From: Minutocellus sp. GHC0000111
Taxonomy: Eukaryota
Assembly: GCA_977018835.1 (NCBI GenBank)
Contig: OZ361257.1
Span: forward strand, 186,001-250,000
Length of the DNA: 64,000 bases
Reading direction: 5' to 3'
A program made the translations under genes and the position numbers. Under the pieces are notes generated by a model. The model searched no databases and had not been told where the DNA came from. It saw only the letters and a list, made by a program, of their open reading frames with translations. Below are positions 48,655 through 60,047 of the stretch, one piece after another; the first letter of the stretch is position 1, and each line of letters opens with the position of its first letter.

Positions 48655-50323
48655 TCAACAATTGAACATTCTCTTGAACGCTTCGTAAAAACAGAAAAAC
48701 AACGAATTCGCAGGAACTTTGTGCATCAGCCGAGGGAAACTCCCTCTAAGAAATGCTGCAGAGCCGCCCTCAATGTATGTCTCCCTGGCACAATTAAAAT
48801 GCTCCCTTCGTACAATTCTGGCTGTGTTTGTAACCTCTTTTGACATTTTGTAATGAAAAAGTGGGAACAAAGCAGAGAAGGTAGGTGTAGATTCAGAAGG
48901 ATTAAGTGAATCCGAAGTTCACATTTGTATGTATGCATCGCCGATATCCGCTATTGTAAGTGCAATTCCTGCAAAAATACACACAAACCCACTTACCGTC
49001 TTGACTAAAGGTGACGAGGGGGGGGGTTCATTTTGAAAGATTTTGTAGGAAAGGTTGGTAGCGAATGAGCAAAGGAGCACTTTTAGTTGGAAACAAAAAT
49101 TGGCAAAACTTTCGCTCTGGAATAAAGTACATTTGCAGAAAGGAAGAAAAACTCACCTACGTCCATTGGATTTGTGAGGAAAGAGCCGACCCCACCAGCA
49201 ATTGCTCCGGAAGCCATGTCTTTCCAGCCCTGATGCTGGAGCTGCGATTTCTCAGTCCATTTTTCTTGAATAGCTTCATATGTGAGTAGTGTCATGATTG
49301 CATCTACAAGAAAATTCGTGCACGCATGTGGGTGGTGGGTCGAAGCGCATTTCATGAGAACACAAAAAATAAACAAAGATAAGGAAAGTCTAGTCATGGC
49401 AACTTACAAGGAATATCTCGAACCATTTGGATGGAAACACCGCCCAGTGGGAAAAATGCCCGCATTCCCTTTGATCGAAACATTGCTGTAAGAGCTTTTC
49501 TCGTGTTTGGGTATTGTCCTGTCTGCAGTTGTTGCTTGACAACTTCATAGGGTACCCGAGAAAATGAGGCAAACGTATTTCCGATTGCTGCAGACGCAGC
49601 TATTCCAATTCTCCTCGCAGCATTGTCAGACATAACGAAGCTCTTCCCCCGTGTTGGTCCAACTGCTTGCCTCAAGCGTGGAGTAATGATCCGTTTGCTG
49701 TAAGAGTATATTCCAAAGTACAATCCCACACTGGGCATTGCGCCGATGGCCGCAACGCCAAGGCCAGCCTTATGAAAGTGTGTGCGCATGAGAAAAAATA
49801 ATAACAAAAAATTCATGATTGAGCATTTGGAAGAGATAGTTTTGAACAAGTGAAACTCAAGGATATGCAAGAAGCCATTGCTGGCTCTTGAAATGGGAAT
49901 CGTCAGACGTCGACACTTACATAAAGTTCAAATATTCCTTTTGGTCTACTTACAACCAACGCAGCGGCGTCGACAAAGCTTAGTCCCTTGCCCCCCATCC
50001 CCTGTCGAGCCTGTTGCTGCACTGTCTTGATTGTGTCGAAAGGTGCCAAAATTGTCTTTGAACATGCCGCAGCTAAGCCCGACGCTAAGCTATTCCTAAA
50101 ACCTTCTGAGGCGGCAGACGCCAAAGAGTTTTTTTGGACGACCTCCTCCGCGACATGCATCTGGCAACAACAACAATGATTGCTGCTGCCTTCGGACCGC
50201 AGGACGTGCTGGAATATCTGCTGCTGTTGTTGATGGTGGTTGAATTTGCAGTGTTTTGCAAGCAGACACTCGCATCGCCTGGAGCAGCCATAACAGAAAA
50301 ACTATTTCGAGGCATTCAATCAT
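48655..50323 (-). pseudogene. Mitochondrial carrier family (SLC25, SAM-carrier-like) protein, multi-exon, frameshifted as assembled
   Basis: Three carrier signatures: PFDTIKT, PYEVVKQ and PMDVVKTRLQ (the last built with an 8-nt exon at 48997-49004). C-terminal PRLMHKVPANSLFFCFYE. Frameshift at ~48795 and probably another in exon 1. Confidence 0.8.
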
Positions 50324-50409
50324 GGCGACCAATTGGCAATAACAGGAATCTCCTCTAACATAGCACGAGCGACGGTGGATGCCGCTTGGATGAGTGCCTG
50401 GTCGGCAAC

Positions 50410-50480
50410 TGTACCGGTACTACGTAGTAACTTGGCTGCTACGTAGCTAGCTACGTAGCTACGTAGTAGTAGAGTAGAAG
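50410..50480. repeat. TA-palindrome array upstream of the carrier gene
   Basis: TACCGGTACTACGTAGTA...CTACGTAGCTAGCTACGTAGCTACGTAGTAGTAG. Confidence 0.85.
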
Positions 50481-50545
50481 CAGCAGCAGCCGCAGGAACA
50501 GCACAAAAATGCGACGGGCGATGGAAAGACGTTTGTAGACTTCTA

Positions 50546-53500
50546 CTAGCTCATGGCGCAGGAGAAAAACAGAGGAAAACCGGGTGTTTTGGTCGAGTGC
50601 GAAAAAGCTCCTCTGACGAACGTCTCTCATTCGCAACAACTCCAAAAGAATTTGCCGCCATAAAATCAACATCAGCTCTTTGATAAGAATCGTCTCGAGC
50701 GAGTATTTTTTAATATTACTGCTGCACCAAAATCCACGTATTGCAACAATAGACCGAGCGCATCATAACAGAGAAAAAACTGCCGAAGAAATCGCCGCAG
50801 CATATCTTTTGATCTCGCCAAACATTGATGACACCCTCGTTGGGCACTTTCATCGTCCTATTGCTCTTATTGACATCCTTCACAAGCACTGGCGCTTCCC
50901 GAACTCTCTCCGTTTCTAGCACTTTCATCCTTGACTTGAACGAAAAAACAGCAAAAGAAAGAAGCTCGCTCGTTGGGGAGAAAAGGAGGAACGAGAACCC
51001 CACCGACTGGTGGGTGTCACCGTCGGTCGTAATTGTGCGCGGATTTGCGCTACCGACACTTGCATTCATGCCCAGACCTCCGTACACCGAGCAAGGTTCC
51101 TGTCGATGGAATCAATATCATTACGGCGGGAACAATGAAGATATGTGTATAGCCTGCAAACTCCATTCAGCAATGGGCGATACGACGCTCAGAACGAAGG
51201 TGAAGGATGGAACAGAAAAAATTATTTGTGTCTGCATGTGTATGCGTCATGATATGCCAGAGGATCAGTGGGAGGAACAGCACAGCATGCGAATTGAATA
51301 TGCCAATCAAGAAGAGGAAGAGCAAAAGAATTCACGATCCGATCGGGCGGTGGCGAAGCGCTACGTCCCCGGCGAATCTGAGACGGCAGCGGCCGATTCT
51401 ATCACAGAGGTTCGCAATTGGACGACGAGGCATTTGCGAAGTGCCAATTCCGAGATGACCGATCGAGCAGCCATCGCCCATCTTGCAAGGAAGGGTGGTC
51501 ACAACGGTGCTATCAACATCAGTAGAGGTGGAACCTCTCGTCGGTCTCGACAGAAGATGGCGGATACGGCAAGTGCAGCTTTTGCAGGGCTCAGTAAGGC
51601 TGTATCGCCGACCGACCCTGAATTTGGAATGGCGGTTGCTATTGCTGGCAATGTCGTTCGAAAGGGTACAGTGAAGAGATCGTTGGAAAGTACAGTGGTC
51701 GATTCCGAGAAGAGGGTTCGGCCAACTGCGCAGCACCGAGAAGAAATGGCAAATGCAACTGCTACAAAGGAGGTTGCTTTGCGCATAGCTGCAGATGCAG
51801 CGAAGCTTGCGAAGAATCAGAAGCAGAAGCAGAAGGACGATGCTCTGCTGCTGGAGATGGGACCGGTCCTCCGTGACCACGTAAAGAAGATAAGGAAGCC
51901 CAGCCTCCGGAGGCATTTTATTGCTGCTTTCTGCAAAAAGTACAGCCAATCATGCATTGAGAGGGTGGTGGGCATCAAGATACCTAGCGACGAGTGGAAT
52001 AACATCAGGAAACATCAGCGGAGCCCCGGCGCATTCAAAATTCTAACCAGATCGAAGCCAATAATAAGCAGAGCAAGGATCCCAGAGAGTATCATCAAGA
52101 AGTTGCTGTATTTATTGGAGCAGCCGATGAATCTGCAGAAGCATGCTTTTGGGTCGAAGCTACTTGCCATATGTGATGGCATGAAGTCGGTTGAACTCGC
52201 GGCAGTGGCACGAGCCAAGCCAATGCTGGACCTCGTCAAATCATTCATAATGGCACTAGATTCTGAAGCGGGCTGTAAGTGCACCGTCCCCGACGAAGAT
52301 CGTTGTACCAAGCTCGAGGACAACACTATGCGCCGATGCATGAAGACGGCTGGCCACGGCGGCAAGCATAAGTACACGACCAAGGGATCTATTTGTGCGC
52401 GAACGGTCGAGGATTTGGTTGGAACATTGACAACAGATGAGATTCGAAGGTTTACTGGACTTGACGATATCAAAATTTTGAAGGGGAACGATAATTTCAA
52501 ACGCATGAGGGAGTTGACGGAGAAACTGTTCTTTGCTCTTGACAACGAGACCCAGCTCGAGAAGGCCGAGATCCTGATGAATATCGACGAGGTCGAGCTC
52601 TTTCATTCGACAGACTTTTGTCCCCACCTCGACCGAAACGGTACCCACAAATGCAATTGTTTGACTTGTGGATTTGAGCAAGATGGATCTGATATTCATT
52701 GCGACCACAAGGAGGATCATCTCAACCCTTGTACGAATTGTGCTCTCGGCTATTCGATTGTTCGGCGCCTCGAGGCGAAGCTTGAAGCTGTGAAGGGGGC
52801 ACTATTTCCAACCGATAGGGATCGTTTTGAGTATGAGGAGGCCAAGGATCCCATCATCAACTGTAGAATTGACTTGGACGAATACCGAAGCCATTTGGCC
52901 CGTCTTTGGAGCGAAGCTGGAGAGGATGTGCCGGATTTGAATCATCTCTGGGAGGTCAATGGATGCATGGTGCGTTGTGACTACAAGATGAGAATACTGG
53001 CTTGCTACTTTCGGGAGAATCAGCTCAAGTGGTACGCAAAGCGCGGGATCACATGCCTTAGCTTTATGATTATATCTAAAGCTAAGGATGGCGATCCGGA
53101 TCGGCGCTTTGACTGCACTTATGTAATTTTTCTTACAAACGACACTCTGCAAGACGAATGGGAGGTATTGTGCGCAAAGAAGGAGGTCTATGAGAATCAT
53201 GTACCGCCCGATTGCAAGGTTGTTTGGTTTCGGACTGATGGAGCAGGCTGCTTTCGTAACGTCCTCGCCCGTGCAGCTCAAAGGATGTGGTCTAAATGGA
53301 CGGTCCGTGGAATTGTAGAGGAGAGGTATCGAATAGATCCTGCCGGCGGCGGCCACACTACTCTTGATGCTATGTTTGGCGTTCTTGCGAGAGTTTTGCA
53401 TAGAGGTGCTGACCGAGGCAACTCCTACGTGTTCGTAGATGAAGCAGTAGTTGCAGCCGAGTCTGGAGGAGGGATGGCAGCTACGACCTTTGCATCTTTC

Positions 53501-54512
53501 AATCCAGATCGAACCCGTCGTCTTTGGGCCAAGCTCACTGCTCCCAACAAGTCTCTTGACAGCGTCCTTCTTACCGTTCTGAACAAAGAGAATGGATCTA
53601 TTGTCGGCTACAAGCACTCTGGATACGGGCAGGGAGTGCAGTACAAGGCATCCAACTTCTCTTGGTACAACAAGCAGCCGATAATGACGGGTAGGAATAA
53701 AACCAACCCCATCGATGTCGAATCGGCCCAGCCTCCACGATGCCTCGACCTCAAGTATGGATCCGACGAGAAGAAAGCAATCAAAAGCTACGCCGAAACC
53801 GAAGGACAAGGGCCTCAATCCGCCAATAACATTCGCAAGCGCATGATACCAGCAGATCTCGTCGTTCCCAACCATCCTGATAACGCCGATGCCGCTGCAG
53901 ATCCTGAACAGCAAGGCATCGATCTGCATGAGGATCCAATGAATGAATCTGATGGAGAAGCATCCGACAACGAAGATTGAAAATTGTTTGGCTGGATGAA
54001 TGCACACATCTTGTGTAGCTATACATAGTTAGAGCATCTTAGAGTAAGACATGTGCTTTAGTACGATATCTACTTTGTAGATCTACACGTCTGGCTACAT
54101 AGTCTTGTGTGTGTTCCTTGTTTTATCGGTCTAATAGTTGGCATCAGCCAATTCATTGTCGACGAGGACCAGCAGTCCCTTGCTTTCTCGCGTTAAGATA
54201 TTTTTTTTAAAGCTCGCAAGAAAGCAACACTTCTGCGTGCATTTCTTTGCGAGGTCAAAAATGTTTTAAAAACTATTTTTGGCAAAATCCAAAGTAGAGA
54301 TCGAGCGGAAGATACCGAAAACATGATGTGCAGTTTTCGACGCAGAATTCAAAAGTGTACCAATCTTTGCCTCGAGGAAGGGGACACATCAGCTTGTATC
54401 GAGCGATGAAGTTTGGTGCAGTTTTGAATCCTCGTGCCGACGCAGGGCTACTTTGACGGGCGTGCTGTTTTGACCGGAAAATGCTCTGTTTTTCTCGTGC
54501 GTCATCAGCTAG
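50546..54512 (+). mobile_element. TIR DNA transposon, Sola3-like (tentative), ~3.97 kb
   Basis: Left end TACTAGCTCATGGCGCAGGAGAAAAACAGAG versus reverse complement of the right end TACTAGCTGATGACGCACGAGAAAAACAGAG (3 mismatches). The TSD is TA or CTAG, ambiguous because the junction is palindromic. Confidence 0.85.
50825..53980 (+). CDS. Putative DDD transposase (Sola3-like) with Cys/His-rich region; uninterrupted ORF
   Basis: CDYKMRILACYFRENQLKWYAKRGI, FRTDGAGCF and PAGGGHTTLDAMFG resemble the DWAMK..YRESQ..WFGKRG / SDNAGCY / GKG..D pattern I associate with Sola3. It lies between TIRs. The true start may be MPRPPY at ~51068. Confidence 0.65.
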   Translation: MMTPSLGTFIVLLLLLTSFTSTGASRTLSVSSTFILDLNEKTAKERSSLVGEKRRNENPTDWWVSPSVVIVRGFALPTLAFMPRPPYTEQGSCRWNQYHYGGNNEDMCIACKLHSAMGDTTLRTKVKDGTEKIICVCMCMRHDMPEDQWEEQHSMRIEYANQEEEEQKNSRSDRAVAKRYVPGESETAAADSITEVRNWTTRHLRSANSEMTDRAAIAHLARKGGHNGAINISRGGTSRRSRQKMADTASAAFAGLSKAVSPTDPEFGMAVAIAGNVVRKGTVKRSLESTVVDSEKRVRPTAQHREEMANATATKEVALRIAADAAKLAKNQKQKQKDDALLLEMGPVLRDHVKKIRKPSLRRHFIAAFCKKYSQSCIERVVGIKIPSDEWNNIRKHQRSPGAFKILTRSKPIISRARIPESIIKKLLYLLEQPMNLQKHAFGSKLLAICDGMKSVELAAVARAKPMLDLVKSFIMALDSEAGCKCTVPDEDRCTKLEDNTMRRCMKTAGHGGKHKYTTKGSICARTVEDLVGTLTTDEIRRFTGLDDIKILKGNDNFKRMRELTEKLFFALDNETQLEKAEILMNIDEVELFHSTDFCPHLDRNGTHKCNCLTCGFEQDGSDIHCDHKEDHLNPCTNCALGYSIVRRLEAKLEAVKGALFPTDRDRFEYEEAKDPIINCRIDLDEYRSHLARLWSEAGEDVPDLNHLWEVNGCMVRCDYKMRILACYFRENQLKWYAKRGITCLSFMIISKAKDGDPDRRFDCTYVIFLTNDTLQDEWEVLCAKKEVYENHVPPDCKVVWFRTDGAGCFRNVLARAAQRMWSKWTVRGIVEERYRIDPAGGGHTTLDAMFGVLARVLHRGADRGNSYVFVDEAVVAAESGGGMAATTFASFNPDRTRRLWAKLTAPNKSLDSVLLTVLNKENGSIVGYKHSGYGQGVQYKASNFSWYNKQPIMTGRNKTNPIDVESAQPPRCLDLKYGSDEKKAIKSYAETEGQGPQSANNIRKRMIPADLVVPNHPDNADAAADPEQQGIDLHEDPMNESDGEASDNED

Positions 54513-54595
54513 TACGTACTGTACGACTTACCAGTAGAATTTTCTACATGTAGGCTAGGTCCTAGACTAGGTAGGCCTACATTGTAGTAGCTCAT
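54513..54595. repeat. TA-palindrome array upstream of SEC15
   Basis: TACGTACTGTACG...TACATGTAGGCTAGGTCCTAGACTAGGTAGGCCTACATTGTAGTAGCT. Confidence 0.75.
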
Positions 54596-54677
54596 GTCGG
54601 AATGAGGAACGTTTCAACATAGAAGTGATTTGACCATAATTGCTGGCCAGCTCTGCACCACGTATAGATTTCTGGCC

Positions 54678-57600
54678 ATGACGGCGCAGAGCAGCAATGA
54701 GAAAACGGTAAAAGCTCAGAGTCAGATCGAAAGAGCGCAGCGTCGAAGAGAGGATGCTGTGCGTCGTTTAGTGATCGATGTGACCAGATTGCCCTCCACG
54801 CACCCAGCGGCAAATGCTGCGAGTGACATTCTCAAGCCTAGTCTTGATGAAACCAGTAACTGCAATGGAACAATTCACCCACTCCTTGAAAACAGTAGGG
54901 CTGGCGATGTTCCAACTGCATCACAAGCGTCAGTTTCTGGAATCGGTGCATTTACCAAACTGCCAGAAGATTCTCTCTTGACGAGCGCCGTGGCCGTCTC
55001 AATTGAACGTGGTGTTGATCGTGAACTTCACAACGAGTTGGTCCGCCAGGCCAGGGAATCTGCTGGTGTAATATCAAAGATTTGTCACGACCACTCAGAT
55101 GCTTTCCTTGGGAGTGTCGGAAGAGTTGTAGCACTAGGTGGCCCCTGTGGCGAGCTTCGTGGGAAAATTGAGGAGGTACGTGCGGGAGGCGAGGATGAAG
55201 TCTTTAGCGACTTCATTTTCGTTCATGTCTGGACAAAAACTATACTTTTCACTGTTACTCATCTGCTACCTCAAAAATTGTCATCAATTCTACTAGGCGA
55301 ACAAGGAAATTCTTTCTAATACTGGCGGTGCTATGCTCGACTCAGCATCTCGTTTGGAGGCATCGAGAAACGCGGATGCAAGAGCACGAACAATGCACGG
55401 GATGGTCACCGCATGCCGCCGGGTTGCTGTCCTGTTAGAGAGAAGCCGACGTCAGGCAGCGTTGAGCAGGCCAAAAGCCAGTTTAGATGCGGTTGACGAG
55501 GCTCGGACATGCTTGACCGCTCCTATCAGTAGTCTACCTAGGTACTCTTTGTGCCAGGAGGTCTTGATAATTTGGTCAACGTAGCTGCATACAACACAAT
55601 CCTGGCCAGAGAGGCGGCGCGGAGTAGGGGCAGTTTCGGCAACACGGATAGTGCTCTCAACCATGGTTCTGGGCCAGACAGAATTGACGCCGCAAGCATT
55701 GGAGCGAAAGGCGAAGACGGAGGAAACAGGATTGGCGATGTTGGAGGTTTCATTGGCGGTCCTCATGGACCTTCTCCTTCAGAGCTTTGTCTCGAGGAGA
55801 CTCCGTTCGGGTCGCGGGCTATGGAAATGCTACCAAAAATAGAAAACGAAGTCCTTCTGGGTGCACGGAGAGGTCTGAATCGTTGGTTCCTCTCAATACG
55901 GTCAGGAGGGGATGGATCCAAGGCAGGAAGGGCTGCTCTCCGTAGGTGTGCTCATTCTATGGCAGTGGGCCCCGGCCTGTTGGGTTTGGGCGGTCGCATT
56001 CAAAGTTACAGCTGGAGAGCAAAAAACGCGGACAATCTCATTTCTCGGGCGGGGCAGGGAGGCAGGGTTGCAAGGGCAGCTCGTTACGGATATTTGTTCG
56101 AACGGGACTGTAAAAAAGAAGTAGAACGAATCGAAGGAAGAAGCGTTGTTGGTGTAGAACGTCGAGCCGAGGCGTTTGTGTCAGCCTTCGGTTGGTATCG
56201 CTGTTGGGATGAGAGTGTTGAACTTGATGTTGAAATTGATCTTTTCCTTGCCCGAGCTGGTGAAAACGACTCGGAGACACCAGGAGGAACAAGCCACGGC
56301 ACAAAGACTCTTGGATTTCGGGCGGGGGCTGCTGCAGGGCAAGCCAGCTCTAGGGATCTTCTTGGGCGTCAGTCGACACGGCTAACGTCATCCAGTTGGG
56401 GGAGTGTTCTGACCCCTTCAATTTTCTTTGAGGACTCTCCCACGAGGTAATGAAAAATCGTCTATTTGGCTAACGAAATGAGGTATTTGATGTTTTTGGT
56501 TTGGCACGCATTGTTTGCCGTTGCACTAACTTGGTTCCTTGCTTTACACTGTCTTTGCTTTTTGGGTCAGAGAGGAAGACGAAGAAAAACTTGTTTCTTT
56601 GCCTGAGGCGGTGCACCCAGTTCGCAGGGCAGAGGCCGCGTTTGCCTTATTGGGGAGGATTGACGAGTTTCGGTCGTATTATGAGCAAAATCGTTTCGGT
56701 GACATGAGAATTGGTTCAGCTGAGAGCAAGAGTGATGGCGAGGGTGATAAGAATGAAGTGAGGAGTTATCTTTCTTCTCTCACAGGAGATGATGTAAGTC
56801 TCGGCACTGACCGAATCTTCTTTGCGAAGAGCATGCCTCACCTATGTGCAAGTGTGGTTGGGTTCAGTGCTGTAGAGGCAGCGCTTGAGCTCGGGAATGT
56901 CAGTGACGAGCCAGATCAGGAGAACACGGACTCTTTCACCGCTAGGTCTCAGACTGAAGGTCCCAGTGGAGAAAAGGACTCGTCTGAGAATGAGCTTGTC
57001 AACCAACCCACCCCTCCTGCGAGCAGTGCCTCTGCATCGTTTCGCGAAGGCTCAGCTAGGTATGAGCGCTCCTTGATCAACGAACTTGGAATCATCCTAC
57101 GGAGCCGTGCAATTGGAGCGACATTGGCTGAGCTTGCCCGCAGCTCGGCATTGATGACCTCCTTCCGATCGGCTCTAAACGTTGTCCATCCTAGTTCAGC
57201 CACACGCCGCTCCGACAAGGAGTTGCTTGCCATGGATGTGGATATCATAATGACTGGCCTTAAGGTGGCACAAGAAGAGCAGCTGAAAGCCACCAACAAG
57301 ATGGTGTGTGATGACAAGAAAGAAGCCATGAGGGTCCCAAGTGGTCAAGAATTTCGAACTGCTGATCAACAGCCGTCCAGGGAGGAAGCCGAGGTAAAGA
57401 ACTATCCCTTCGGTCTTCACAAGTTGAAGCAGAAGCCATTGGTAGATGCTTCTCTGGAGATCGACCGAGGCAGTTTGCACTACATGCATGCTGCGCAGGA
57501 AGAGAGATTCACATTTTCAAGCTCTGTTCCATTTGTGGTTCGATCCATCCATGCTCGGACCATCACGTTCGCCTTCTTTGCAATGTGCCAGGAAGAGCTT

Positions 57601-58727
57601 GGGCAGGTATTTGCTTTCAAGAAGGGTGGTGGAATAGCAGGCTATGTCCTAGATTGTGTAGCAGTTGCGGCAGTAGGAATGAAGGAAGGATGCCAACACC
57701 TTGATGAGCTCACTGTTGAGCAAGCCGTTCAGATTATTGCCAACATCTCTGCCCCCTCCAGTCGACTTTACCCCGCCTCTTTGGAATTATCATGCGAGGT
57801 CTATGCCATGTTGGCATGGTCAGGGGTGATCATCTGGAAGACACGTTTCAATATGCTGACTCTACATTACGCGGAGCAGACAAATCGTGCGACCAGGAGA
57901 TTGGTGCCATGTACAGTCTGGTGTATGAGATTTGTCGAAACAAGATAGACATGCTTGTGAACTTTTCCTTGGAAAATTTTCAATGGGTGAGCAAATCAAC
58001 AAGAGACACGCCCAATGCCTATTGCGAGAGCTTGATAGAGTACATGAGAAACACATTCCGAAGTCTTGCTCCAATGGACGAGGGATCAAGAGCAGGCCTT
58101 CATTTCTCATGTTGTGGACACATAGCCGAGAGGCTAGTGAAGTTGCTAACTGAGAAAGCAAAGCCTTCAAAGGATGACGGTGAAAGTAGCCAGCATGGAC
58201 CTCCATCAAATGAGAAGGAGGAAGGAGGCCTACTTCCCATCAATAAAATTGATGCGTTTGGGCTGAAGAACTTGTCTGTTGATGTCGCTGAGTTCATGTC
58301 CTTTGCTGACGGAACAGGCATCCCGCAGCTTGGAGAGTGTTTCAACAAACTCAAATGTCTAGTTGACATTATGCTTGACCGTGATCTGCCCATGTTGCTT
58401 CTGCCTGACAATGAATCTGTCCGCCGGAGAAAGTACCCTTTTGCTACACTGGACAAAGTGCTCAGCATACTTGAGAAGTATTCTGGAATGGGATTAAGCG
58501 ATAAGTTGATGGGATCATCAGGGAAGAGCTTAAGCATGTAAGATGATCATGCTGTTTGTGTGTGTGTGTGTGTGCATTTGTGTTGCCTTGCCCTTTCTTT
58601 TATGTTTCCATCTCTGACTACATGGTTCAACACTTCTGTGTTTGTCACGACCTATCACTGTAGATTGATGCTGGAAAAAAAGGAGGTAGCACATTTGACT
58701 CGGCTTGTGCGACTACAGTTGGGTTGA
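54678..58727 (+). pseudogene. SEC15: Exocyst subunit Sec15/EXOC6, disrupted as assembled
   Basis: Motifs [54 protein letters not shown] and [14 protein letters not shown]. Introns at ~55176-55297, ~56447-56570 and ~58538-58663. Frameshift from an 8-nt insertion at 55537-55544 and a C-run frameshift at ~57752. Confidence 0.8.
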
Positions 58728-58965
58728 AGGGTTGGGAGAAGAAACTCCCAAGACAACATATGAGGGAAAATGCGGACATCCAGATTTTGACTGATCACTA
58801 AGGCCTAAGAAAATCACGACACAGAGGAGGTCAAGGCAGGATTCCGAAGATGGTTCAAATTTTACAAAAAAGGAGAAGCAGTAGTCTGCCTCGTGGTGGG
58901 AACAAGGGATCTGTTAAAAATGCACTTAATTACTAAAATCTTAATGCTCAACAATGATCTTCGAT

Positions 58966-59963
58966 GCATGTGATTGTGTTCTCCAATGGTACAACTATCA
59001 TCCTGCAGAAGATAAGACCCCAACATACCATCGGTCTCGCCAAACAATTCACTCATTGGACGACGATGACACCGCCTTTTTACCAAAGTTATCATTTTAC
59101 CAAAATTATCGTGCTCATCGTCGGGTGTCCCCATCGATTCGCCGCATGTGATTGTGATCTCCAATGGTACAACTATCATCCTGCAAAAGATGGGACCCGT
59201 ACATGCCATCGTTCTCGCCAAACAATTCCCTTATTCCAGGGCTCCAAAGAAATTGTCGTACTCTGCTGCAAGATTTGGACGACGATGACACCGCCTTCTT
59301 GCAGAAATTATCATGCTCGTCGTCGGGTGTCCCCATCGATTCACCGCATGTGATTGTGATCTCCAATGGTACAACTGTCATCCTGCGAAAGATGGGACCC
59401 GTACATACCATCGTTCTCGCCAAACAATTCTCTCATTCCAGGGCTCCAAATAAATTGTTGTACTCTGCTGCAAGATTTGGACGACGATGACACCGCCTTC
59501 TTGGCAGAAATTATCATGCTCATCGTCGGGTGTCCCCATCGATTCACCGCATGTGATTATTGTGATCTCCAATGGTACAACTATCATCCTGCGAAAGATG
59601 GGACCCGTACATGCCATCGTTCTCGCCAAACAATTCCCTCATTCCAGGGCTCCAAATAAATTGTTGTCCTCTGCTGCAAGATTTGGACGACGATGACACT
59701 GCCTTCTTGCAGAAATTATCATGCTCGTCGTCGGGTGTCCCCATCGATTCGCCGCATGTGATTGTGATCTCCAATGGTACAACTGTCATCCTGCGAAAGA
59801 TGGGACCCGTACATACCATCGTTCTCGCCAAACAATTCCCTCATTGCAAGCTCTGATCATTGGAAGAAAAGTGAAGTTTCTTTGTAGTCCGTGCTTGTAC
59901 TCTTACGTACAGAAGTTCCTATTTACATGTTTTAGGTACGTTTCTTGTGAACATACACATCTT
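58966..59963 (+). repeat. 203-bp tandem array (~4.5 units, first one deleted internally) plus tail
   Basis: Same unit and tail as 20-2117. Confidence 0.95.
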
Positions 59964-60047
59964 GAATGAGTACGTCATCATCGAGACTGCGTTACGAAAA
60001 ACTTTACACTTCGCGCATTCAAATCGTGTTTCGACAGTATTGACAAC

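Noticed and set aside
30061..53980. Long antisense ORFs (e.g. 30061-31041 +, 31502-32095 +, 52802-54007 -)
   Set aside because: They are shadows on the opposite strand of recognisable genes and show no motifs of their own.
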